Notes: generated by a model not told the origin, from the letters alone. Positions 25,672 through 38,540 are shown, counted from the first letter of the whole stretch. The stretch: DNA of 62,015 nucleotides, filler included, from Choristocarpus tenellus KU-1152 (GCA_964200185.2; 14 parts of 14 records of this genome joined end to end with filler, not necessarily neighbours in it), one strand, 5' to 3'. Translations and numbers: made by a program.

Positions 25672-28388
25672 CTGAAGCAGCTACTGTTAAGTGCCGTCGT
25701 TTGGAGAGGGCAGTGTATTATTTGCTGTCTATTTTTTGATCACATCATGTGTGTTGGTGTGGGGTGAGTGTAACTGAACCTTTTCGAGCCACTCTCAATT
25801 TGTTATGTACATTTATGTCGATGCTGGTGGGTGGTGTGATGCAGTGGGCACTTGTATGGTCAGCTCGCAGATACCTTGGGGAAAGAGTTGGGGTTGAGAT
25901 GGAAGGGAGTGGTGTTGGGGGTGTGGAAAAGCACAGCCTCTCTCCTTTTCCCTTTTCCTCCCTCCCTCTACTATCTCTCTTCTTGGGACCATTCCCTGCT
26001 GCTGTCTCTTGAGTTTAAGCCCCCCACACGATCACCTGTAAGCACTGAGAGTGCTTGATTTGACAATATATATCTGATGTTACTGCTTCATGAGTGGTTT
26101 CCAAGTCTTACTGATGTTTGTTGTTGATCTCTCTTAACTACTCACTCATTAAACCTCTATGGATAGATAGGTGTGTTGGGTACCTCATTTAGGCACCTTT
26201 GCACCTCCGGCACAGACTCAGGCAGCTTCTGTTTGGCCTGGGGGTGTGTTGTTGCCTTTTCTAATGAGTGAGTGCGATCGAATAGTTGTGTTTGCAGGAT
26301 AGTCTTGTTGTGCGCACGCTACTTCTTTGGTGTGTGTGTTTGCATGTCTGTTTGTGTGTGGTCTATGTCAGACGTCTCTTGTTCTATGGGCTCTACCAAG
26401 CACCTTGAGGAATAGTGAGCATTGTGTTGTCCGTGAATGTCTGTATGCGTGTGGTGTGGTGTGTTGTTTGTGAACTCTTATTTTGCACGCGAAGTAGGTA
26501 GCTGCAGGCGTGTTCAGCAAGCGAGCCGGTTGTCCCAGCTTTTGAGAGATCATGACTGACTAAGCCTGAAGGATTACTATCTTGTCAACAAATAGTAGCA
26601 GTACAATCATTGTTTTTATGTGTTGGTGTATTATGCCGTGTCTCCTGCTGGTGGTGATACATTATAATAGTAGTAGTAGTAATACCATTCAGTGTGTTGT
26701 GTAGGGCACTATTGATAATAGTTGTAGACTCTGCCACCGTGGTGTGTAATTATTCCACTTGCGCAACATAAATAACACAATTTCTGTATTGGCAATGATG
26801 AGCATGGCCTGCTTGGGGTCACCAGTGTTTGCAGGACTGCTGCAAGATTACTGTTTATCCGTTTGAGTTGTGTAGACTTTCATGGAATAGAAAGATTGTC
26901 TGAAGTCTAGCCATCAACCATCGTATTTTCCCTTGATGTCTGGAAGTTGAGGACGGCAACATAATAGGTTGTGGAAGATGAAAGAGTACATGTGATGCTA
27001 GTTGAGAAAAAGAATAGTATGCCCTCTTTTGGGTTAGGTATCAATGTTATTAATGAAACATGCTCAGCAAAACCTGGTCGATCTTCTGATGATGCAGTTG
27101 AAAGGAAGAATGGATGAGGAATCATAGTGGGGCACTTGTCGCACGTCATACCAACACTACTTCCAAAGGTACCATTGCAATCAATCGTTATGTAATGGAA
27201 TCTTGGTTCTATCGGTAGAACTTTATTTTGAAGATTGTGTGTTCTGCATTTGATGGAATGATCTCCTGTAAGCAAACCCCAGCAATCCAACAGGTGATGA
27301 ATGAATAATATTTGTAGAGTGAGATTTTCTCACTTACCATCTTAATAGTGGGTGAACAAGTGCCTATTTGGTGTTGCGTCATTACGGGAAGAGAATCAGA
27401 TCGATCCTACTTGATTCGCCTCATAATCGCCACAACAACGCCCAAATCATGGAACCAACAAAACTCGTGCATGTGGAATCTCTATCATGATGATAGGGTT
27501 AATTGTTTTCGAAGTCCGCCTCTAATAAGAGTAATAGTTTTGTAGTAAATATATAGAAAATAGGATGTATGTGAGACTGAAAGACATACCCCATTTTCGT
27601 TTTGTGGGGATTTTTTGTATGGGATAACAGAGGATTTTCAAAATTGAGGCAGGAGCGGGACTATGAGGTTGGTTGTTTTGCGAAAACTGTCTCAAAAGAG
27701 TACCGAAAGTTTTTTTTTTGCGACTGTATTTGCNNNNNNNNNNNNNNNNNNNNNNNNNNNNNNNNNNNNNNNNNNNNTTAATTAATTAANNNNNNNNNNN
27801 NNNNNNNNNNNNNNNNNNNNNNNNNNNNNNNNNGACTGGAGAGTAGTTACTGTCAAGTTATTTTTTTTAGTACTGTCGCGGACCTGTGCTTAGGGGGTCG
27901 TGGTGGACGAAAGCCCCTACCTGCCACTATGTTTTTTTTTTTTTTTCACCAGGAATATAATTACGACAAATCTCATGCATCTCATTGAGAGGAGGAAAAT
28001 CTTTCAATCAAGTGCCGGCTAGCGTCTATCTACTCTACTCTCTCGATTGGTTTTTGTATTGACTAATTGGCGTTGATATCTATACACACACACACACATA
28101 CATATATTCACACATATATATTCACACATATATATTTACACACCTGTATGCCCGTTGAGAACGGTTCTGATTGTACACGTCGCCTCTGTTCCTCGTCTAA
28201 CCCTAAGCCCTAAGTCAAAAGCATGCTGGTTTTGATAAAAGGGTCTAACGGGCGGTGGTAATATATATATATATATATATTTTTTTTGTTTTACTGGCGT
28301 AAGCGAGTCACCTGTTTAAGTCGTGAGTATTCGAGGTCGTTGATGTGAATGGATAGATTGTTGCGTAGTGTCAAGGACGAGGTTTAGA

Positions 28389-28425
<37 letters not shown>

Positions 28426-28454
28426 CTTTTACAGAGCTCTGAATGAATACTTGC

Positions 28455-28638
28455 GTCTCAAAGTATCTGGGGGGGGGGGGGGAGGGGGGGGCTGTCCATT
28501 TGGGGAATTTTTTTCTGTGTTGCAATTTTTGAGTGATTTGGTTGCATGCGTCGGATGGATAGTGTAAGTGCACTTTTCCTGGTCAGGGCCTGAATGGACA
28601 CCCCAGTGTAGACCCCCTCCCCCAAGATACTTTGAGCC
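28455..28638. mobile_element. MITE family B
   Basis: TIRs CTCAAAGTATCTGGGG ... AGATACTTTGAGCC; flanks TGC/TGT. Confidence 0.85.
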
Positions 28639-28809
28639 TGTGTGTAAAAAAAAATAATCTAGAAAGCTATAGATCGTTTGAAGTACTAGGACTTTTCTAG
28701 ATCGCTGCTCCATCTCCACTAGCAGGAAGACAGGTACACGCACACACACACACATATGCACACAGATGAATAGGAAATGGTGTTTATTATCATTTTGATC
28801 TACTTTCTC

Positions 28810-28894
28810 ATACATCAACTACTGCACTACATAACGTGTGTTGATGCCACCGTATACATCAACTACTACACTACATAACGTGTGTTGATGCCAC
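28810..28894. repeat. 44-bp tandem duplication; each unit has inverted ends (CATCAAC...GTTGATG)
   Basis: Read directly from the sequence. Confidence 0.85.
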
Positions 28895-29387
28895 TGTGAG
28901 GGTATTTGTTTGCGTAATTTTATTTATTAATTTTTTGGGTATGTGGTTGGCCTAAATGAGCGTTTTATTGCAGCCTAATATGTCCCACTTATGCCCTGGT
29001 TGTGAGTTTTTGAGGCTGTACAGTATTTTTTTTATAGTGTAAATAAATATTCATTTTTTTTTGTGATTTTGTTTTTTTTTAACCTTCTTTGATTTCTATC
29101 TACTGCAGAGTATCGTAGTACACACACTGTTTAGTACTTATTCCCTAACCCTTAAAAATAACCCCCAGGTATGCTCTTGATGTATCCCCTCACGAAATTT
29201 GTTAAATATATATATATATTGTTACGAGATACTATTATCAAGATTGCTTATTTTTATTATTTTATCTTAGATTATTGTGGATTTTTTTTAGCATTCATGA
29301 TTTTGCAAGCGACGCCTGTACAATTTTCTCTGTTGAAAACCTTTATATATATATATATACATTTTTTTTTAAATTGCATAATGTTAG

Positions 29388-29551
29388 GTGAGGGGTATCG
29401 AGAAGCTGGGGGGTGAAGTCCTCCTGAAGTCGCATGTGTCGGAGGTGGTGGTGGAAGGAGGGAAGGCGGTGGGGGTGAAGCTGAGGGACGGAAGCGTCGT
29501 GAGGGCCAAGAAAGCTGTCATATCAAACGCCTCCATTTGGGATACCATCAG
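29388..29551 (+). CDS. Internal exon of a carotenoid isomerase (CRTISO)-like FAD oxidoreductase
   Basis: GIEKLGGEVLLKSHVSEVVVEGGKAVGVKLRDG..RAKKAVISNASIWDT is typical of the CRTISO/CrtI family; GC-rich exon in AT-rich introns. Confidence 0.82.
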
Positions 29552-29651
29552 GCATGTTTGCACGGAGTATATCTCTTGCATACATGCTCTTTATCGTTCA
29601 TTCCAATTATTTTTAAATTGTTATAACTTTGTTACCCTTGAGATATATATA

Positions 29652-29683
<32 letters not shown>

Positions 29684-30134
29684 TAGTTGCTATAATTTTT
29701 TGGTACTGTCGAAACATTATTGTTACTATTGTCATTATTTTGTTATTATTTTACTGCTATAAGTTTATTATTTCTGTTGAAACGTGGTCGTTATTTCTTC
29801 TATTACTATTCTACTGCTAAAGAAGATTTTATTCTTGTGTACACATTCAAGTATACAAAATTCCATAGCACCACTAAACTTAATATTAGTAATAATGAGG
29901 GGAAGATCCAGGTATAAAACACCAAACCATAGGAGGTGATTATCTGTCTCAGCATGAATTGCAGGGTAACACTACAACCATTGAAGGCGTTGACACTGAG
30001 TGCAATGCGATACAATGTACCCAATGATTGTTGCTGTGTGGCAAAGGCACAACTCAGAGTCTTGTAAGACTGGCTTACCACAAGTACGAATGTGGATTCC
30101 CCTTGGTATATACAATGGTTTCAGCACTTCTTTC

Positions 30135-30446
30135 ATGTGGTGTAGTATTAAGGCTATCTTTGCTTGTGTGCTGCAGTGTCAATATTAACCTTTTTCATGT
30201 GTAGTATTAAGAATATCTTTGCTTTTGTGCTGCAGTGTTAATATTAACTTTTTTCTTATGGTGTAGTATTAAGACTATCTTTGCTTGTGTGCTGCAGTGT
30301 CAATATTAACCTTTTTCATGTGGGGTAGTATTAAGAATATCTTTGCTTTTGTGCTGCAGTGTTAATATTAACCTTTTTCTTATGGTGTAGTATTAAGACT
30401 ATCTTTGTTTTTGTGCTGCAGTGTTAAATATTATTTTTTTCATGTG
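30135..30446. repeat. Minisatellite, five ~60-bp units
   Basis: GTAGTATTAAG..TATCTTTGCTT.TGTGCTGCAGTGT.AATATTAAC repeated five times. Confidence 0.9.
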
Positions 30447-30732
30447 CTGTATATATATATATATGTATAATGTAAAATACCAATGTTACTCGTGTACCGA
30501 AGTGGACTATGTGTATGGTAAGGAGCCCCTTCATCCTCTTGATCCACAACACATCCTTAACCCCAATACTATAACCGATACTTTCTGTTTGNNNNNNNNN
30601 NNNNNNNNNNNNNNNNNNNNNNNNNNNNNNNNNNNTTAATTAATTAANNNNNNNNNNNNNNNNNNNNNNNNNNNNNNNNNNNNNNNNNNNNGGGGGGGGG
30701 GGGGGGGGGCGGGGGGATGCATGGCATTGCAC

Positions 30733-33700
30733 CTGCTCCAAGTTGCAGTAGCAGTATTGTGGTCGGAAATGGTTGTTGACCTGCGTCAGCAGACAAAGCA
30801 GGAGGATGTGGAGGTTGGATTGATAATATCAAATGGGAAAAGGAGTGGAATGGGGAGAGGAAAACCATGGAGAAGGAAGGAAGGAAGGAAAGGCTTGATG
30901 AGCAGGGGGGAAAGGCCGGTTTGGGGGTGGACGGATACGTTACTGAGAGGTGAAATGGTGGATTGGGTGAATACTTTGGTCAATTTCGATAGGTAGCGCA
31001 TGGTATGAATCCAATACATGTGTTTTGAGATTGTTGGTATGGGGTGGATATAAGATGTTTTACAGAGTATACATATGGAAGTCTAGTTAAGGAAGAGATC
31101 TCGAAATTTCGCGCTCCTACACCACAAGCTGACCGCACTAATTTCCATCCAGTATTCCCCATGTTGCTTCTCTCAAGCTCCTTTTTTTGCACCAAGGAAA
31201 CCTAAGAAAGTTTGAGGGACACGCTTACCTTGCACTCATCTTTTCTTGATTTCATGTTCCTCTTCATGGAATATACAAAGTGGGCAAATACCAACTCCGG
31301 TTCAGCTTGTACCAGGACTGTTTGGGTTTGAGGAGAGGGCATAGACTTGGAGGAATTAGTGTTAAAAGCATGATTGCTGTATGTCTTGGACAATTTGGGA
31401 TGCCTGGGGTCTGATAGAGGCATGTGACTAAAGGGCGAGGATCAACTGTTGGTCCTTGGAAAGAGGAAGAAACAATGCCTTGGGTTGGAAGGTGTGTGTA
31501 ATTGAATGGATACTGGGGGAGCAATCAGTGAGCCCAGAGGGTATTCAGACATTCCTAGGGATGATGGGAAGGAGCTATTCTTCATGCAGCACATGATTTC
31601 TAAGAACAAAGTACCCAGTTTACCACTTCATGTTTGATGCCGGCATTCCTCTAGGACTAAAAATGCTTAGAAGTATGCAGTATCATTGCCAGAAGCATCC
31701 ATCCCTAAGAATGGAACAGAAATCTATGGAACAAAGATATGTGGCAATGTTCACTATATGGCAGTGTTCACTATATGGCAGTCTGCAAGTAAGCGGACAA
31801 ATCGCAAAATCAGGCATCAGTCAAATCAGGCATCAGTCAAATCAGGCATCAGTCAAACCCTACGTTCCAGTTCACCAATATTTAGATTGTGAGTTCGGAC
31901 GAATGAACCGAATTTCTCGACAAAAGGTTTAATTGCAGGAAAATTTTGAGTAAAAGTATCTTAGAGGGTACGGTTTTTGCCCTGTTTGTCCCTTTGGGGC
32001 TTGGGTTTCCACGACTTTTTTAATGACATTTTCCTACTCCGAAATGTTTCCGAGTAGGCAAAATGTGTATGTTGTGAAAGGTGTGCCCAGAACAAAGATA
32101 TTGACACTTCCAACAGACACGATGACCAGAATCACATCAAAATCGCAGCATTGGATTTTGGGCCACAGACGGACACGGCTATACCCTCTAAGATACTTTG
32201 ACTCTCTGCTGAAGTTAACCTAGCAGCATTAGTTGGGTTTGTTGCCGCATTTTTTGCGACGATAAATATCTTTGTGGTGGCTTCATTGTGACTGAAAGAA
32301 TGCTTGAAGTGTTTAAGAAAAAATAGACATAAAAATAACATGACGCAACAATTATTAGAATTTTCTGATCTTATTGCATCCATGTGCTTTACTTTTGCGT
32401 TAAAAGGCTTGTCATCGCCTAAATCTGCTCACAGATTTTGCAACAATGTGCTTGTCACAGCCTGATCGACTCCCTCCGCAGCATTATGAGTTGATACCTT
32501 ATCGGATGGTTCTAATTTAGCGCACATGAGTAGTCCACATGTAATATATGTAATATATGTAAAATATGCAGCTGTAATACATGCAGCTGGCATCGCTGCT
32601 CCTTCTGAAAAACTCAGGTTTACTTTTATAGCAATTGCATATAACCACTCTTCAGTTTAAAAAATATATATCAATGAATAATGAAATAAAGACATTCATT
32701 AACAAATGCAGCAGATATAACTGCACTTCTGAATCATCAATAAACAAAGTAAAAAACAATGTGTGTATACCAGCTTTTATGCAATTCATCTATTCAACAA
32801 AAATTATAAAATATCTTCTGTTATTGCCAATATTGTGTCAGTGAATTATGATACTGGTCAATACTTATCCCAACAACTTACTAACACATCAACAGTGTGA
32901 ACATGGTCTCTTCCTCATTGACTGTACATGTGAAGGACATACTCGATTGACTCTTCTTGTCCTTCAACCTCACCAGGCTATGGGGTTGACTGATTCACAC
33001 ACTCTCCCTCGGTCACTTGTCCCTCCTATCCCCACCCTTGGCCAATTATGGCCTCTCCCAGTCTACTTTCTTTTCTAATCCTACTCTTATCTCTCCTGAT
33101 ATCTTACGTTCCATTTTCTGCCTTGTAGCAGGAGTGGCCCATGTCTCTCCATTGAACAGCTCCGGCATCCACAGTAGGTAGGGGCAATTTAAGTAGCCAT
33201 GTGGAGTGACCTTATCATTGCTTTGCATGTAACGACGGAGATAGAGAGAGGAGAGCTGAATCGTTAGGTATGTTGGAGGGTATCACTTCTTGTTCAGTTG
33301 TTGCCCTATACTCAGATATGTTTGACAAATGATACTGGACGATCTCTCAGGATGGCTTGCACTCCCTTCACTTGAGTTGTTCACCATCCCTTCCAATTTT
33401 TTTAACAGGCAATATAGTAAAGTCATCTACAACGCAGGGTTATCCTCTTCATAACATAAAAAATGGCTATATATACTGTATTGCAAGAACAAATTAACCC
33501 CCCAGTCTTCTGATCCAGGAGGAACCAAGGATTCGAGGTTGGCCAACGATAGCACAAGGATCCTTGGAATCAGCTTCAACGGGAAGCAAGATCTCAATCA
33601 ATGACCTACAGGGGGCACTTCACATCCGTGATGGTGCATGAAGTGAATGTGTGATTTGTTGCAGTGGCCGAGGTTCCCCTTACTAGGTTCCCCTACACAA

Positions 33701-35628
33701 TTCCAATCTATCCCATCGCCACTCTAATAACATCCTTCCCTCGATCCTCTCACGTTCGCTTGGTGCATTTGTCCAGGAATCCAGACAGCATACGCTCAAC
33801 TGGATCACGGACCACTACCACTCTGTAGGACAGAATGAAGTGGTGTCGGGGTAGAACAAATGAGGCATGGATATGCAGCACGTCTTGTTGAGGTATTGAG
33901 GCAGGGGCAAGAGTGCTGAATGAAAGTGGGTGGATATGTACTTAGTTCGGGGGGTCAGGACAGATGGGACAGGTTGTGGTGTGGGCTGGGAGTGTGGTGT
34001 ATGAGATAACTCAAGTTTGAGGAGATACGTCAAATGTCTAAGAGAATAGTGAAAATGGTTTTGTTGCTCAAATACCTAAAGGGGAAAAGTCAATGCTTTA
34101 CCAAGCTGAAATGGCTCGTCACAGACTGGTCTGAGAGTGCATGTTACTCATGCACATCAAGTAGAAAATCTTCAGCTCACTTGAGCCATCTGTCACTATT
34201 GACTGCCTCCTCTGTTGTCTCAGCCCCTGCCACTGACAGAAGAGATAGACCGTTTTTCTTTATACTATGGACTTCGCCATCTTCCCAATTTTCTACTCCT
34301 GCCATCCAGCGCAGTGCTCGACGCCACTCTGCACAGGCCACCTATGGCAAAGGCCAATGATGTATTTACGTTATGATAGAACAGAGGAGTGAATATTGTT
34401 AGCATAGAGTGGGTGACATTGTAAGGTCACTTTGTCGACCAACATTAAATTTGAACTTGAAAGGCACTTGGCTCATACAATGTGCAGCTACCGTGGATTC
34501 TTTCCCACACTGATGAGAGCGACCAAATTGAGGGATGGATTGTATGCGATATCAAACTCAGTATAACTCGTTGTATCACTCATTGTGAACAGGCAGGGTC
34601 TAGCAGCTCTGCAACTCTTTAGGATGATGAAGAACTACATTCCTACCTGTGCTACATCTCAGGTGCAAAATTTCCTTTTCAGAAATTATCTTAGGAGCAC
34701 TTCCTTACATTGCGAAGCTTTGTAATGTGACTCCTACCAGAAATGGTCACCTTTTGGTACCTTTACAAATAACTTACCTTCGCACTGACCGTAGGCATCT
34801 TGTGAGGCTGGACGTATCTGGGGGGAGGGGGGAGGTCTACACCAGGGTGTCCATTCGGGTCCAGACCAGGAAAAGTGCACTTACATTATCTATCCGACGC
34901 ATGCAACCAAATCACCGAAAAATTGCGACATGGAAAAATGGACCCCAAATGGACAGCCGCCACCCCCCCCCCAGATACTTTGAGCCCGACTAGACAGCAC
35001 AACCCCCATAGAGGCAAGTGACCATTGCTTCTAGAGATTGAAATGAAGCGATGATGGAATATTTGTCAAATTATCCGCGTGCTGTTGTTTTGGCACACTT
35101 GAACGTTTTTAGACCTGTACAACAGAAAGTCGCGGTTATGATGGGGACAGGCCTTTGTATATACCTTGGCGATAGGGCAGAAGATCAATCCTTCACTCGA
35201 TAAGGAGATGGCGGGATTCAAGTCCTGGGCATCCTTCACCAGTAGTCTCGTTGTGTTCCACGAATCTCCTGATATTTCGTAGAAAGTGGATAACTTGAAA
35301 GGTTGGTCGTGTTATCCAGGTGGATATCTTTTTCCGTGTTGTATTGAGAGCATATCTAAGATAATTATTATGTCGAGATCTCACTTGGGTATCTCCCAGC
35401 ATCCCAAATCGAGGTGTGAGAAAATTTGACACCCGTTGCAGTGTCCGGTTCTGTCCGATCATTGTTGTCAGGACCAAGAGTTGACGTTGCCAACTGCGTG
35501 GACGACAGGACAAGAAGGATTAAAGAAGGCACAAGCATCTTCGAGGATAATGTCCTTCCTCGACGATCCGTCCGTGATACAAATAACCCCCCCAAACTGC
35601 GATATGGATAGCTTGACAGCCCCGCCAT
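30733..35628 (-). CDS. Golgi-type carbohydrate sulfotransferase (Sulfotransfer_2 family); exons 35628-35385, 35268-35165, 34341-34181, 33822-33754, 33220-33108, 31317-31229, 30780-30733; 3' end missing
   Basis: All junctions are GT-AG and in phase. N-terminal hydrophobic anchor (MLVPSLILLVLSS), 5'-PAPS motif LIFCPIAK|VACAEWRR, 3'-PAPS motif VRDPVERMLSGFLDKC, and NNHFRPQYCYC occur in the expected order. Confidence 0.85.
31948..32204. mobile_element. MITE family A in a sulfotransferase intron
   Basis: GAGTAAAAGTATCTTAGAGGGTA ... TACCCTCTAAGATACTTTGACTC. Confidence 0.88.
34806..34986. mobile_element. MITE family B in a sulfotransferase intron
   Basis: TIRs present; flanks TGA/CGA. Confidence 0.85.
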
Positions 35629-35804
35629 CTTAATGGATTCAAGATACTGTTGTGTGTTTTATAGGATTGGTTGGGTCCGTCTATTTTGGGTGTTATTATG
35701 CCATCGTTACAATCTCTACGCCTTCCAGGTACTTACCTTCTCTCTAATCACATACATTCTCACACCCTCACACACCTCATATCTCCCGCACGCATACAAA
35801 CACC
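35629..35804. promoter_or_regulatory. Probable compact bidirectional promoter/5'UTRs (176 bp)
   Basis: Lies between divergent ATGs at 35628 (-) and 35805 (+). Confidence 0.55.
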
Positions 35805-38540
35805 ATGTCTGATGCAGGTGGGAAAAGGAAGGCAGATGAAATGGTAGCAGAGACCAATGCCACCGTAGCTGTCAAAGACCTGCGCTCTATCGCCGAAAAG
35901 GCAGGTGAGATCATGGTGAATACATACCCTAGATATCGCTGCGGCACAAAATACCCCGTCCCTGCTCGTATTTTGGCTCTCATGACATCATAACGGGCAC
36001 ATTCTTTACCTCTCCTGTGACATTGTATAGAATAATCTGGTGGTTGATCTATCATGCCCCATGAGATGCCAACGCATTCTTCCCATCAAACCTCCTTAGA
36101 CCCTTGCAATCCAAACGTGAAAACGTTCACTCACACCAACTTCTGCCCTCTTTTAAAACGCACTGTTTTCCACCATAGTGGGGAAGCTAGGCTACGATGA
36201 AGTCGAGACGAAGTGCCTATGCGACATAATGATGTACTCGCAACTTAGGTAAACAAAAAATGCTCTCTGGTAGAGTTTGTGTGGTTGGATCTTCGCAATA
36301 GTCGCAACAAGAGAAAAGGCTGGTGCATGTTTGTTCCTTGGATATGCTTGTACTGGCTTGTCATGAGCACCACCGGTCCTGTCATCCTCGAAATCAATTG
36401 CATGGCTCATTCGTTCCTAGTTTCATTTGGGTTCAGTAACTTGACAAGGCCGTGCTGGAGTTGTAGGCCATCTCGCTGCCAAGAGTAACGTCTCCAGTGC
36501 CTATGCAATGCCATCCCGCACATGTTCTAAATGCTTTATTTCCACCTCGTGGCCAGTCCCCACCAATTCTACTAGCCACCCCTAACCCTATGAACTGCTC
36601 AGAGTAGTATGTAAAAACCTGAAGAACTGAAGCTGAGAGGACTTCTTGAATATGCTGCCCACTCTCAGTACAAGGTCGACATCCAACAACCAAGTCTGCA
36701 GTAGTTCCTCTCCAACCCATAAATATTTTAAACTCTTTTAGATCCTTCCTGGTAGTTGGGTGCAAAGTACGACATTCTCATGCGGAGTCTAAGTATACTG
36801 CCACCTCAATCCTCTCTTGGTGTGATATCTTTCCAGGGGCGGTAACCAGGGTCTCATTAAGATCATCACGCATGGTATAGACAAAGCAATCGACTGTTGC
36901 CCTCCAGAGGTGGTGCATGAGACGAAACTCTCAGCGCGATTGGATGGAAAGAAGACTGTAGGCATGGTAGTGGTGTCCAAGGCCGTTGACATGGCTATCA
37001 AAAAGGCAAGCTCTGCAGTATCTCCCAGTTAATAATAGTGGGCATATTCAGAGCTAATGCCATACTGTGAAGGAAATGTTTTCAGTGCTGCACTCACGCA
37101 GGCATATGTTCAACCCTGCATTGATTGCAGAGAGCATGCTGAGTTATTTTACAAGCAAAGTTGGTAGGATGGCAAGCACATGAACCTATTCCTTAGCCCC
37201 TCATAACTGTTGGCATGTCAGATTCACTAAATGTGCCTCCCACCCTTTCCCCTCAATTCATTAGGTGAGTAGATTGTCATTCATGCAGGTGGAGTAACTG
37301 AATCATTGAACTTGGTGGTGAAGGTCATGGACGACTCACAACCTACTTCTTGATAGTGTGTTCCTATTGAGGTTGGAAGATTGAATGCTGTTCTGCCTCC
37401 CAATTTGTTACTATTGTGTGTTTCCTAATGCCTCACGGTTCAAATCGATGTATGTGTCTTGTCTATCATGACACCTGCTGTGCAACCGTGGCAAGACTTT
37501 TTGCCATATATTGGTGACAGCCACTTCAACTCGTGTTCCGTATGTTGAACCAGAGGGTTTGCAATGTGAACAAGAGGCGTTGATGCTACCTTCAGGGATG
37601 TGCTCAAAACGATGGATGAGGCAGTCAGTATCTATTTGTTTTTTCGGGCAGGACATAGCATTGTATGGGTGCAACAACCAACTAGGCCGCAACCACATCT
37701 TCCTGTTTTTTTTGTTTTCTGCCCCTTCCTCCCCCTTCCCGATCACATTCCCTCTTCCCATAGTTAAACCACTGTGGTAATTACCAGGGTGCTTGCTGGA
37801 AAAACTTCATCCTTGAACTTTGTGTGACAGTTGGAAATAGTCGACGGAATGATATCCGGAAAACACCTCGTAACTATCACCTTTGCTATTCCTTAGGCAA
37901 AGGATCATGGTTTTGGCATGGTGGGAACCTTCAACACGAGCACCAGCACAGGGTCTATTGGTTACTATGCGAAGGCCATTGCTGATGCCGGGCTCATCGC
38001 CATTTGCTTTGCCCAGTCCCCTGAGGTGTGAACGTTTTCTTCATCTGGTTCCTACCCTAAAAGGCTTTCAGTTTTTGCGGTGGGGAAAGAACAAGAACAA
38101 GAAAAAAGGTTGTGTGAACAAACTTCAAAGTGTGTCTATTTTTTTTTCGTGTGTGTGTGTGTGTGTGTGCCTGGAAACATCCTGAACATCAAAGTATCTG
38201 CAAAAAAGGAATCTGAGATTCCGGACAACAGCAGAATGCGTGTGTTGGAGCAAGGCGCTTTGCCCCCTGCATTAGTCGGGAGATGCTAAGAGTGATGAAG
38301 TGTTTTTGTAACTGCATGCTTGTTTTTTTTAAATCTTCGGTTGCTATTTGGTTCTAAATTTCTTCTTTTTTTTTCCTTAAGCTTCTCTTCCATCCTGCCC
38401 CCCCGCTGTTTCCCCTCAGTTTGTGGCTCCGTTTGGCTCCTACCAGGCTATCCTAGGCACCAATCCCATTGCAGTTGGCATTCCCAGGGAGGCTGCTAAG
38501 GACCCCATCGTACTTGACATGGCCACATCAGCATACCCTT
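35805..38540 (+). CDS. Ldh_2-family (type 2 malate/L-lactate/L-sulfolactate dehydrogenase-like) oxidoreductase; exons 35805-35904, 36179-36248, 36837-37005, 37897-38025, 38420-38540; 3' end missing
   Basis: Spliced product contains QLRGGNQG, LDGKKTVG, AVDMAIKKAKDHGFGMVG, GSIGYYA, VAPFG..ILGTNPIAVGIP and PIVLDMATS, all characteristic of Ldh_2. Confidence 0.88.

Noticed and set aside
25493-25767. Poly-V, poly-L and poly-C ORFs
   Set aside because: Translations of a (GTT)n microsatellite downstream of the kinase stop codon
30135-30446. CRISPR-like array (also 45401-45580, 49928-50035, 28810-28894)
   Set aside because: Contiguous tandem units with no unique spacers and no cas genes; eukaryotic context
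34490-34600. Extra sulfotransferase exon (FDIAYNPSLNLVALISVGK)
   Set aside because: No phase-compatible donor; exon 35268-35165 already supplies FCPIAK in phase
30720-34700. DIRS or hAT remnants
   Set aside because: The coding signal is better explained by minus-strand sulfotransferase exons
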